A DNA stretch of 64,000 nt, from IMG/VR virus record IMGVR_UViG_2870609773_000002, positions 15,181 to 79,180 of that record; one strand, given 5' to 3'. This DNA is from a virus. Lineage: Duplodnaviria > Caudoviricetes. Positions 54,872 to 63,739 of the stretch are shown in pieces. The notes under the pieces are model-generated. The model saw only the letters and a program-made list of their open reading frames with translations. It had not been told where the DNA came from and searched no databases. Every line of letters begins with the position of its first letter. The stretch's first letter is position 1. Both the position numbers and the translations under genes were made by a program.

Positions 54872-57589
54872 GTGTCGTTCGACCTCCGACTTGTCGCTTT
54901 TGCCCCATTCGGTGACCGGCTCGGCGTGCTCCCGCACCCGCTGTCGGTCGAGGCTGGCTGGCCGCTCAATGACGTGCCATCGCTGAAGCTCAGCTACACC
55001 ACGGCGGCGATCGGTGCTGCCCTGCTTGACCAGCCGTGCGAAATCGGCGTCGAGTGGAGCATCGACGGCACCGTGTGGACCGAAGCCGTGGACGCGCGGT
55101 TCCTGCGCATCAAGCGCCGTGGCGACGTCTCCGACACGACCGGGCTGGCCAGTTTCGAGCTGCCGGGCTTCGTGTGGATGCTCCGCAAGATCGTGCTCCA
55201 TCCCGGTGTGGCACCGCTGGTGGACGGCAAGAGGCCGTTCCTCAGCGCGACGGCGGGCGAGATCCTGCAGACGTTCATCGCAGAGGCCAAAGGCCGGGGC
55301 GCGGTGCCGGGCCTGCAATGGGACTTCACCCCGGAGGAGGACAGCGCGGGCCAGGCGTGGGACAAGGTCATCACGATCTACTACCAGCCAGGTATCGACG
55401 CGCTGACGGCGCTGCAGAACCTAGCTGAACAGGGCGTGTGCGACTTCCGCACGTCCGGCCGTACGGTGCAGGTGTTCAACGCCGACACAACGATGGCCGA
55501 CGACCTGGCGTCCGGGCCCAGTCCGGTGGACCTGCGGTACGGGCGCGACGTCGCCGAAGCGCCTGACGAGGGCACGCTGGAGGATACGGCGTCGTCGGTG
55601 CTCGTCCTCGGCGACAACGGGCTCGTCAAGACGTACACCAACCCCGCCGCCGTCCAGCCGTGGGGGCCCTGGGAACAGTACGTCGGCGCGGGCGGCGTCT
55701 CCGACGAGGGCACCGCGACGATCCTCGCGCAGTCCGCGCTCGAGCGCGCCGCTGCAGAGCGGGTACAGCGCACTCGGGGCATCGTCTTGTACGGGGCGCG
55801 CTGGCTGCCGCTGAAGGACTACCGGCCTGGTGACCGGGTGCTCGCGCCCGGGGACGGCGGGGTGTTGGAGTCGCTGCGGGTCCGGCAGGTGACGTTGGCC
55901 CGCAACTCGACGGGCGTGCTCGGCGGGTCGCTGGTGCTGCATGACCGGTTCCTCGAACGGGACATCCGCCTGGCCCGGCGGACAGCCGGGATCGTCGGCG
56001 GTTCGACGGCGGACGGAGGGTCCGGAGCTCGACCAGCTCCGGAAGCTCCCGAGCCGCGCACGCCGGCGACCCCGGCCGGGCTGGTCGTGAACCCGCTCGC
56101 GTACATCGACGAGCACGGCCTGCCGCACGGGCAGGTCACGGCCTCGTGGGGGGCGGTCACCTCCGACGTCGGCGGGGTCACGCTGTCCGTGGGCGGCTAC
56201 GAGCTGTTCATGCGCGTCAACGAGACCGGCGCGCCATGGTTTCTCGTCACCTCGACCGAGGCGGGCGACACCACGGCGACGTACTCGCCGCTCGTCATTG
56301 GCGAGTCGTACGCCTTCAAGGTGCGGGCGGTGAACCTCGGCAAGGTCGGGACGTTCTCCGAACCGGTGGCGGTGACCATCCCCGACGATGACGAAGCGCC
56401 GCCGGTGCCGACCGCTCCGCAGCTCTCCACGCGTCTCGGCGTGGTCCGGGTGACGTGGAACGGGCTCGGCGTGGGCCCGGTGCCGATGCCGCCGGACTTC
56501 CTGCACGTCCGCGTGTGGATGCAGGACCCGCTCGCGCCCGGCTGGTCGGAGATTGGCGTTCTGGGGGAGGCCGGAGCGGTCCTCGTGCCGGGCCTTCCGT
56601 ACGGCGCGGACCGGCAGTTCAGGTTCACGTCCATCGACCGGTCCGGCAACGAATCCGGCCCGTCCGTTTCGGCGACGATCGCTGCGGTGCAGCTTGTCCA
56701 GGGCGACGCCGCGAACGAGAGCATCACGACGGGCGCGCTGGTCGCGAACGCGGTCACCGCCGACAAGCTGGCCGCCGGGGCGGTCGAGGCCGAGCACATC
56801 ACGGCCGGCGCGGTGGTGGCTGACGCTCTCGCCGCGGTGATCACGTTGTCCACGCGGGTCGTCGCGGGCAGCGTGTCCGGGGCGCGGGTCGAGCTCAACA
56901 GCTCGGGCCTGGTGGCGTTCAACGGCTCGGGGCAGCAGACCGCCAGCATCTCGGCGGCCAACGGAGCGGTGTCCATCGTGGGCCAGCTCGCATCCGGGGT
57001 GACGGGCGCGCGGATCGTGGTCAACCCGGCGGGCGCGGCCAACCCGGAGATCCGCTTTATCCCGGGCAGCGGGACGAACCAGTCGCGCATCTACAGCGAC
57101 GGCTCCCGCTTCACCGAGGAGGCGACGCTGGTCATGGAGTCGGGCACCAACCAGGCGAGCACCGCGATGTGCCGCCTGACGCACGCGGCAGGGTTCTGGC
57201 AGGCGGCGATCCTGAACCCGTCGAATGGTGAGCAGCGCGGCGGTGCGGTGTCGGCGGTTGAGGGGCAGGCGTCGATCGGGTGGGTGCACCCGAGCCAGCA
57301 GGACCAACTTCTCGTGTTCGACCAGTCCGGGACGTTCCATCGGGGGACGTGGCTGTACGCCAACGACTCCGGCTTGATCATGCTGTCGGTCTCGGTGTCG
57401 AGGGGGGCCACCTACTACCAGGTGGCTCTCGGCTTCGCTTTCCCGACCGTGCCGAAGGTCACGTTCACGGCCGAGCAGACCACGACCATGCAACTCTTCA
57501 GCCGCACCAACAGCGACCTGTTCTTCTTCGACCCGTCCGCCGGGACCTCGCCGCCGGCGCGGACGTTCCACATCTGGGCCTGGAGGTGA
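54872..57589 (+). CDS. Tail-tip/hub protein A (Tal-like N-terminus, FN3, variable C-terminus)
   Basis: AAGGAGG RBS, GTG at 54872; FN3-like YAFKVRAVN; TADKL repeats. Confidence 0.85.
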   Translation: MSFDLRLVAFAPFGDRLGVLPHPLSVEAGWPLNDVPSLKLSYTTAAIGAALLDQPCEIGVEWSIDGTVWTEAVDARFLRIKRRGDVSDTTGLASFELPGFVWMLRKIVLHPGVAPLVDGKRPFLSATAGEILQTFIAEAKGRGAVPGLQWDFTPEEDSAGQAWDKVITIYYQPGIDALTALQNLAEQGVCDFRTSGRTVQVFNADTTMADDLASGPSPVDLRYGRDVAEAPDEGTLEDTASSVLVLGDNGLVKTYTNPAAVQPWGPWEQYVGAGGVSDEGTATILAQSALERAAAERVQRTRGIVLYGARWLPLKDYRPGDRVLAPGDGGVLESLRVRQVTLARNSTGVLGGSLVLHDRFLERDIRLARRTAGIVGGSTADGGSGARPAPEAPEPRTPATPAGLVVNPLAYIDEHGLPHGQVTASWGAVTSDVGGVTLSVGGYELFMRVNETGAPWFLVTSTEAGDTTATYSPLVIGESYAFKVRAVNLGKVGTFSEPVAVTIPDDDEAPPVPTAPQLSTRLGVVRVTWNGLGVGPVPMPPDFLHVRVWMQDPLAPGWSEIGVLGEAGAVLVPGLPYGADRQFRFTSIDRSGNESGPSVSATIAAVQLVQGDAANESITTGALVANAVTADKLAAGAVEAEHITAGAVVADALAAVITLSTRVVAGSVSGARVELNSSGLVAFNGSGQQTASISAANGAVSIVGQLASGVTGARIVVNPAGAANPEIRFIPGSGTNQSRIYSDGSRFTEEATLVMESGTNQASTAMCRLTHAAGFWQAAILNPSNGEQRGGAVSAVEGQASIGWVHPSQQDQLLVFDQSGTFHRGTWLYANDSGLIMLSVSVSRGATYYQVALGFAFPTVPKVTFTAEQTTTMQLFSRTNSDLFFFDPSAGTSPPARTFHIWAWR

Positions 57590-57590
57590 C

Positions 57591-58067
57591 ATGGTGCCGG
57601 ACGACTGGCAGGTCACGGAGGTGACCGACACGGCAGATGAGTCCGGGCGGGTCGAGGCGTGGGAGATCACGCTGACCCGGGCCGCCGATGGCGTCACGGT
57701 CGGGGTGTTCCTGCCGAAGATGGCGATCGAGTCTACAGCCGTGGCGTGCGCGCTGACCTCGACGGACGAGGTGATCGACGTGCTGATGCACCGCGCCGTC
57801 CATCCGATCTATGAGCCGAGCCTGCCCGAGACGAACCCGTGGCAGCTCAGCGGTGAGCAGGCCCGCGCCGCCGTGCTTGAACGAGTCGAGCGGTGCAAGC
57901 GCGACCACGCGACCGTCACGACAGCCGTGCCGAAGGCTCGTACGGCGGCCGCGCGGAAGGCGGCTGACGTGCTCGCCCCGCTGAAGTCGCACGTGCGGAT
58001 AGACCCGGTGAAGGCCGCGGCCACGCGGCTGGAGCACCAGCGGGCGCTCTTGCGGGCGGACAGGTGA
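57591..58067 (+). CDS. Tail-associated protein A (chaperone-like)
   Basis: GGAGG RBS; paralogous motifs with 61000-61665. Confidence 0.65.
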   Translation: MVPDDWQVTEVTDTADESGRVEAWEITLTRAADGVTVGVFLPKMAIESTAVACALTSTDEVIDVLMHRAVHPIYEPSLPETNPWQLSGEQARAAVLERVERCKRDHATVTTAVPKARTAAARKAADVLAPLKSHVRIDPVKAAATRLEHQRALLRADR

Positions 58068-58231
58068 CGCAGGACCTGGTGGTTGAGCCCGCGCGGATCA
58101 TCGCCGTGCTGCGCCGCCGCATCGAGGAGCTGACGTATGAGAACGCCGTGCTGTCGGCGGCGGTGGACCAGCAGCGCGACGAGATCAACGAACTGAGGGG
58201 GGCCAGCGGTGCAGGTGATCATCCCAGGTAA
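58064..58231 (+). CDS. 55-aa coiled-coil tail-region protein (absent from the ORF track)
   Basis: GTGA overlap; VTQDLVVEPARIIAVLRRRIEELTYENAVLSAAVDQQRDEINELRG. Confidence 0.65.
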   Translation: MTQDLVVEPARIIAVLRRRIEELTYENAVLSAAVDQQRDEINELRGASGAGDHPR

Positions 58232-60986
58232 GCCCGCGAAGTTCGCGCTACGGCTGGTGGCGCACGAGCCGAACGGAGATCGGCTGGGTGTGCTGCCTCA
58301 CCACAGCGGTTTCGAGCTGGGCGACCCGCTGAACGACGTGCCCAGCCTCAAGGTGACCTACCCGGACGGGGGGCTGAACTCCGGCCTCATCGCTGGGCAC
58401 TGCGAGGTCGCGGTGGAGTACGCGGCGAACGGCGGCGCCTGGGTCGAGCCGCCCAACGCGCGGTTCCTCCGGATCAAGCGGAGCGGCGACAGCACAGACC
58501 GCGCCGGTTCCCGATCTTACGATCTGCCGGGCTGGGCGTGGCTGTTGAGGAAGGTCGTGCTGTACCCCAACAGCGCAATGGTGGACGGCAAGCGCCAGTT
58601 CAACGCGGTCAGCGCCGGCGCGATCCTCGCGACGTTCATTCAGGAGGGCAAGGCGCGCGGCGCGTTGTCCGGTCTGACCTACCTCTTCTCCGACAGCCGC
58701 GACAGCGACAACAAGGAGTGGGACAGCACGCGGCGGCTGACGCTGGCGATCGAGCCGGGCAAGGACCTGCTCAGCGTCCTGATCAATCTGGGCGAGCAGG
58801 GCGTGATCGACTGGCGGATGCAGGGCCGCGAGCTGCAGGTGTTCAACCCGGACACGGTGCTCGGCACGGACCGCGCGTCCGGCCCTTCGCCGGTTGACCT
58901 GCGGCTTGGCCGTGACATCACCGAAGCTCCGGACACGGGGACGCTGGAGGACGCCGTGTCCGCCATCCTCATCGGCGGCGAAGCTGGCCTATCGGTGGAG
59001 GTGACCAACCCGGCCGCCGTCGCGCCGTGGGGCAGATGGGAGACCTACCAGTCGCAGAGCGGCGTCTCTGACGTCGGTACGGCGAGGCTGCTGGGCCAGA
59101 ACGCGCTGGAGCGGGTCGGGCGGGAGCGGGTGCAGGTCACCCGCGGCCTGATGTTCGACCGTGCGCGGTGGCTGCCGTTCGAGCACTACCAGCCTGGGGA
59201 CTACGTGCTCGCGCCGGGTGATGGCGGGGCGATGGAGTCGCTCCGTCTGCGGCAGATCACGTTGTCCGTGGACACGGGCGGCCAGGTCGGTGGCAACGTC
59301 GTCTTGAATGATCGCTTTCTGGAACGGGAGATCAGGCTGGCCAGGCAGGCGGCCGGGATCCTCGACGGTGGAGTGGGGTCGGGCGGTTCCGGTGGCGAGC
59401 CGGCTCCGGAGTCGAACAACCGGGTACCTGCCGCACCGCAGGGTCTCGTGGTGAACGCCATCACCTACATCGACGAGGCCGGGTACCCGCGAGGCCAGAT
59501 CACCGCTGCCTGGGCTGCGGTCGTGGCCGACGTCGCCGGGGTGGCACTCAACATCGACGGCTACGAGCTGTTCGCCCGTGTCAACCAGACCGGCGCACCG
59601 TGGATGCAGATCGCGGTCAGCGACTCCAACACAACCGTGGCCTACTCGCCGCTGCAGGCCGGTAGCCAGTACGCGTTCAAGGTGCGCGCGACCTCGGCCG
59701 GAGTGAAGGGCGACTTTTCCTCCCAGATCGTCGTGGAGATCGAGGCCGACACGGAGCCGCCGCCGGTCCCGAGCGCGCCTCAGGTGTCCACTCGGCTGGG
59801 CGTGATCCACGTTGCGTGGGACGGCCTGGGCGTCGGCGCGGTGCCGATGCCCGCCGACTTCTTCTCAGTGAAGGTCTGGATGCAGGACCCGCTCGCGCCG
59901 GGCGCGGCCGTGGTCGGCCAGTTGGAGGCGGCCGGCTCGGTGGTGATCCCGGACCAGCCGTACGGCGCTGATCGGGAGCTGTGGCTGACGTCGATCGACC
60001 GCAGCGGCAACGAGTCGGCGGCCTCAACGCACACCGTCGTGGCGACGCAGCCGGTCGTAGACACGGACCTGATCGGGCGGATCGTCAACGGCGCGACCCA
60101 CATCATCGACGGCACGATCCCAGCGGATGCGAAGGTCACAGCGGGCACGATCACGGGCCAGTTGATCCAGGCCGGGGCGATCCAGACCGGCCACCTGACG
60201 GCCAACGCGGTGACGGCCGACAAGGTACAGGCCGGGTCTATCCAGGCTGGGCACCTGGCTGCCGCCGCGATCACCGCTGACAAGCTGGCTGCCACGGCGA
60301 TCGACGGTAAAACGATCACGGGTGCCTTCATCAGGACTGCCGCGACTGGGCGGCGACTTGAGCTAGCGCCACCTGGTGCGACGTATCCCGAGATCCGCTT
60401 CTACCCGACCTCGGGCGGGAATTACTCGCGGATCTACACCCGCGACGACGTGTACACCGGCGAAGCGACGCTCACGATCACCACCAGCCAGAACTCCGGA
60501 GGTGCGTACCGGGCGCAGATGCAGATGGGCGCTACCATGACGACCCTGGGCGTTATGGATGCGGCCGCGACATCGCAGCGTGGCGGATACCTGGAGATCG
60601 CCAACGACCACGCCGCCTACGGCTACTACGCTGGCGGCACCAACTCCCAGTGCTACATCTGGTTCGATGACTCGGGCCGGTGGCAGGTGCGCGGCCGGTA
60701 CTGGGACAGCAACCTGGCCGATCCCTTCGATGCCATCCATGCAGGCTCGTGGACGGTCAGCGGGTCGGCGCAGTACTTCATTTACCCGTACGGGACCGTG
60801 GACATGGCGACCAACATGGGGCCTGTCGTTACGGTGCGCGACGGCCGCTCGGGTGGGCCGACGAACTGGGACAACCGTTATGCGGCCAAGCCGTGGGTCA
60901 TCACGTGCTCAAGCACGTACGGGTTCCAGATCAACCTGGACGCCTCAGCCAGCTTCGCTTTCTACTTCTGGTGCCACCGCCACTGA
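58209..60986 (+). CDS. Tail-tip/hub protein B, full-length paralog of protein A
   Basis: Colinear motifs with A over most of the length; divergent C-terminal region. Confidence 0.85.
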   Translation: MQVIIPGKPAKFALRLVAHEPNGDRLGVLPHHSGFELGDPLNDVPSLKVTYPDGGLNSGLIAGHCEVAVEYAANGGAWVEPPNARFLRIKRSGDSTDRAGSRSYDLPGWAWLLRKVVLYPNSAMVDGKRQFNAVSAGAILATFIQEGKARGALSGLTYLFSDSRDSDNKEWDSTRRLTLAIEPGKDLLSVLINLGEQGVIDWRMQGRELQVFNPDTVLGTDRASGPSPVDLRLGRDITEAPDTGTLEDAVSAILIGGEAGLSVEVTNPAAVAPWGRWETYQSQSGVSDVGTARLLGQNALERVGRERVQVTRGLMFDRARWLPFEHYQPGDYVLAPGDGGAMESLRLRQITLSVDTGGQVGGNVVLNDRFLEREIRLARQAAGILDGGVGSGGSGGEPAPESNNRVPAAPQGLVVNAITYIDEAGYPRGQITAAWAAVVADVAGVALNIDGYELFARVNQTGAPWMQIAVSDSNTTVAYSPLQAGSQYAFKVRATSAGVKGDFSSQIVVEIEADTEPPPVPSAPQVSTRLGVIHVAWDGLGVGAVPMPADFFSVKVWMQDPLAPGAAVVGQLEAAGSVVIPDQPYGADRELWLTSIDRSGNESAASTHTVVATQPVVDTDLIGRIVNGATHIIDGTIPADAKVTAGTITGQLIQAGAIQTGHLTANAVTADKVQAGSIQAGHLAAAAITADKLAATAIDGKTITGAFIRTAATGRRLELAPPGATYPEIRFYPTSGGNYSRIYTRDDVYTGEATLTITTSQNSGGAYRAQMQMGATMTTLGVMDAAATSQRGGYLEIANDHAAYGYYAGGTNSQCYIWFDDSGRWQVRGRYWDSNLADPFDAIHAGSWTVSGSAQYFIYPYGTVDMATNMGPVVTVRDGRSGGPTNWDNRYAAKPWVITCSSTYGFQINLDASASFAFYFWCHRH

Positions 60987-60999
60987 ACAGGGAGATCAT

Positions 61000-61665
61000 G
61001 TGACGCCGAATGTCGTGCAGGCGTGGGACGCCGAGCTGGGATACTCGCACGTCCACCTGGCGAACCGCCCACCGGGAGGGCCGGTTGAGATTCCTTCGGG
61101 AACGACCGGGGGTGAACCGGTATGGGGTGTTTGGACGGTGAATCCTATTGGGCAGGAGGGCGTGTGGTTCATCCAGCATTCGATGCTGGAGTGGCGGTCG
61201 AGCGCGTACGGCATCGACCCGGACGATGTGGAGACGCTGCTGGACGTGTGCTTTCACGAGTGGTTCTTCCCGAACCCGAACGATCCCCTGATCGTGCACG
61301 ATGAGGTGGCCACGCAGATCCTGCGTGAGACCAGGGACTTGCCCTCGGTGTGGACGCCGGGCGTGTCCGATGAGGCTCGCCGCGATGCGCACCTGGAGAA
61401 GATTCGCCTGGTGAAGGAGCGCGTGGCGCGGGTGGAGGCGGCGCCCAGGCAAGATCGGCAGGACGCTCTGCTCTTTGTCGGGTCCGCGCGCGTGGCACCG
61501 TCCGACCCGCTGGAGCCGATCAAGGCCCACACCCGGCTCGACCCCATTCGCGTTGCCGGGAAGAAGCAATACCTGGAGTGGCGGCGAGCAACGGCGGACG
61601 GGCCGGTCACGCCCACTTTCGAGCTCAAGCCGCCGGCGACGTTCAGAGGGATGGTGCCAGGGTGA
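61000..61665 (+). CDS. Tail-associated protein B (chaperone-like)
   Basis: GGGAG RBS; LEPIKAHTRLDPI vs LAPLKSHVRIDPV in paralog A. Confidence 0.7.
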   Translation: MTPNVVQAWDAELGYSHVHLANRPPGGPVEIPSGTTGGEPVWGVWTVNPIGQEGVWFIQHSMLEWRSSAYGIDPDDVETLLDVCFHEWFFPNPNDPLIVHDEVATQILRETRDLPSVWTPGVSDEARRDAHLEKIRLVKERVARVEAAPRQDRQDALLFVGSARVAPSDPLEPIKAHTRLDPIRVAGKKQYLEWRRATADGPVTPTFELKPPATFRGMVPG

Positions 61666-62000
61666 CCGAGGAGACGCCCAATCTCGCGCTGGCACTGTCG
61701 GAGCTACGGAGCGCCGTCGAGTTGGGGTTTGAGCGCACCAACGGGTCTACGGCGCTCATCTTGCAGCGCCTCGAATGGGTGGACGATCGTCACGCCGAGC
61801 TGGTGAAGAGGGTTGAGCAGAATCAGGCCGCCGCCGAGCTGCGATATGTCGCGCTGGAGTCCCGCGTGGACGTCATGGAGCGGGAGGCCGTGACGCGTAC
61901 GCAGCTCACCGAGCGGACCCGTCAGATCATTGCCGTCGTCACCGTCCTGGTTGCCGTGGCGGGCGCGGTTATCGCGCTGATCCAGCTCACGCGCGGCTGA
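61662..62000 (+). CDS. Coiled-coil protein with C-terminal TM (lysis-module, holin-like)
   Basis: Heptads then IIAVVTVLVAVAGAVIALI. Confidence 0.65.
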   Translation: MTEETPNLALALSELRSAVELGFERTNGSTALILQRLEWVDDRHAELVKRVEQNQAAAELRYVALESRVDVMEREAVTRTQLTERTRQIIAVVTVLVAVAGAVIALIQLTRG

Positions 62001-62022
62001 TCCAGCGATCGCCCGACGTAGC

Positions 62023-62235
62023 TCACATCTTGGGACCGATGTTGATGTGGGTCATATTCCGGCTGCAGTCGATGTTGTCGTTGTTGGTGGAGAGTATCGG
62101 GACGTCGATCACTCTGATCGAGTTGCAGTTCAGCACGTTGATGTCGTCCTGGGCAGCCGACGGGCTTGCTGCGATGGCGAGTATGGCTGCGGCCGAAAGC
62201 AGGGTTGAGGTGAGGGTGATCGCGATGCGGCGCAT
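62023..62235 (-). CDS. Small secreted rodlin/chaplin-like protein (moron)
   Basis: Signal peptide ending SAA|Q; mature DDINVLNCNSIRVIDVPILSTNNDNIDCSRN with 2 Cys; own AT-rich upstream region. Confidence 0.6.
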   Translation of the reverse strand: MRRIAITLTSTLLSAAAILAIAASPSAAQDDINVLNCNSIRVIDVPILSTNNDNIDCSRNMTHINIGPKM

Positions 62236-62388
62236 GGTGTGTTCTCCCATCTAAGGGGCTACGGGGTCAGTCTTCATGATTGCCGCACCAGTCGTGACAG
62301 AACGTAATTATCGGTTACATAGAGATATCTGTAGAGGTCAGCGCCTCTACCCTGAGGTGTCCGCACACAATTCCAAGGGGAGCAACTC

Positions 62389-63354
62389 ATGCCCTGGCTT
62401 ACGCAGCTCGCGGACGTCGCCCGCGCAACCGGCTTTCCGGTGACGGAGGTCGGCGGATGGAAGACTCGCGGGCACGGCCCGCAGCCCTCTGTCGAGGGCG
62501 TGGTATGCCACCACACCGCCGGGTCTAATGACCGGCACGTCGTGGTGAACGGCAGGCCAGGACTGGAGGGGCCGCTGTCTCACATCTGGCTGCAGCACAC
62601 TGGCCGGATCTGGGTCGTCGCCGCTGGGCGGTGCTGGCACAACGCGCCGAGCACCAGTTCGCACCACATGAACAGCACGAGCATCGGAATCGAGGCCGAG
62701 AACGACGGCCGCAGTCCGTGGCCGCAGGTGCAGCTCGACGCCTATTACGCGCTGTGCGCCGAGCTGTGCCGCGAGTTCGGCCTGCCCGCCAGCAGGGTGG
62801 CGGGTCACAAGGAGGTCAACACCGGCAAGGTGGACCCCCACTCGATCAACATGAACTCGTTCCGGTCACGCGTAGCCGCGCTGATCAAGAACCCCGGAAC
62901 GCCCATCGAGCAGCAGGAGGACGACGTGCCCGAGGTCATCTCTCTGGGTGCCGGTGATGACCAGGCGGTCCCGGCCGGTGGCGAGTTGGCGGTGCGCTGG
63001 CACACCGAGTACACGGACGACCCGCCCGGTCACAACGCGGACGGCGTCGCCGTCATGGCTAAGGCTGCGCGTTGGTGCATCGTGGACGGCCTGGTGAAGG
63101 TCCGCGGGCTGAAGCCGGGCACGGAGATCGACGTAGCCTGGTCGCGCTACTCGCGGGACGGCAAGGAGTTCGAGGACGACGCCTGGAGGCTGTCCTTCCG
63201 CGCCGACGCCAACGGCCGCGTCGAGTCCAGCGTGGGCGGCCAGTTCGCGCTCAACACCAAGAACCAGCTCCGGCTCCGGATCATCAACCCGACCGACGCC
63301 GCGGCGGTCGTCGAGAAGGTGACCATGGCCAAGATCGCCATGTTCAGCCGCTAA
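62389..63354 (+). CDS. Endolysin, N-acetylmuramoyl-L-alanine amidase (Amidase_2)
   Basis: CHHTAG, CWHNA, SIGIEAEN, AGHKE, DP. Confidence 0.92.
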   Translation: MPWLTQLADVARATGFPVTEVGGWKTRGHGPQPSVEGVVCHHTAGSNDRHVVVNGRPGLEGPLSHIWLQHTGRIWVVAAGRCWHNAPSTSSHHMNSTSIGIEAENDGRSPWPQVQLDAYYALCAELCREFGLPASRVAGHKEVNTGKVDPHSINMNSFRSRVAALIKNPGTPIEQQEDDVPEVISLGAGDDQAVPAGGELAVRWHTEYTDDPPGHNADGVAVMAKAARWCIVDGLVKVRGLKPGTEIDVAWSRYSRDGKEFEDDAWRLSFRADANGRVESSVGGQFALNTKNQLRLRIINPTDAAAVVEKVTMAKIAMFSR

Positions 63355-63372
63355 TTGCGGTTCCGCTTTCGA
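63351..63372. promoter_or_regulatory. 22-bp palindromic site, copy 9 (CTAATTGCGGTTCCGCTTTCGA)
   Basis: Degenerate consensus match overlapping the endolysin stop. Confidence 0.65.
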
Positions 63373-63386
63373 CAGGAGGCACTTCC

Positions 63387-63683
63387 ATGTCTACCCCCAC
63401 CGAGACCGCGCCGACGATCGGCCGGATCGTTCACTACAAGCTGTCCGGCCACGACGTCAGCATGATCAACCTGGAGTCGATGCAGTCGTTCGGCGGCCAG
63501 GGCGTCATCCGGTCGCCAGCCAAGCTCGGCGACGTCCTCCCGGCGATCATCACGCGAACCTACGAGGGTTCCGGGACCGCCGTGAATCTCCAGGTGTTCC
63601 TCGACGGTAACCACTCCTACTGGGCGACGTCGCGCTCGCAGGGCACCGACCACGGCCAGTGGTCGTGGCCGCCCCGCGCCTGA
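63387..63683 (+). CDS. Small phage protein, paralog of 40571-40834
   Basis: AGGAGG RBS; PTIGRIVHY...PAIIT...VNLQVFLDG...GQWSWP. Confidence 0.75.
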   Translation: MSTPTETAPTIGRIVHYKLSGHDVSMINLESMQSFGGQGVIRSPAKLGDVLPAIITRTYEGSGTAVNLQVFLDGNHSYWATSRSQGTDHGQWSWPPRA

Positions 63684-63739
63684 TCTCCAACTCCCGAACC
63701 CTCCCGCCGAGGTGGCGGGCTGTCCCGAAGGAGGGGCAT

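Noticed and set aside
55421-57697. Long minus-strand ORFs (also 42456-44177, 35969-37531, 22200-23519, 13372-14661)
   Set aside because: They mirror well-supported plus-strand phage genes and have Arg/Gly/Ala-rich shadow composition.
54872-60986. Diversity-generating retroelement for the tail tips
   Set aside because: No reverse transcriptase in the window and no short template/variable repeat pair noticed; the paralogy spans whole genes.
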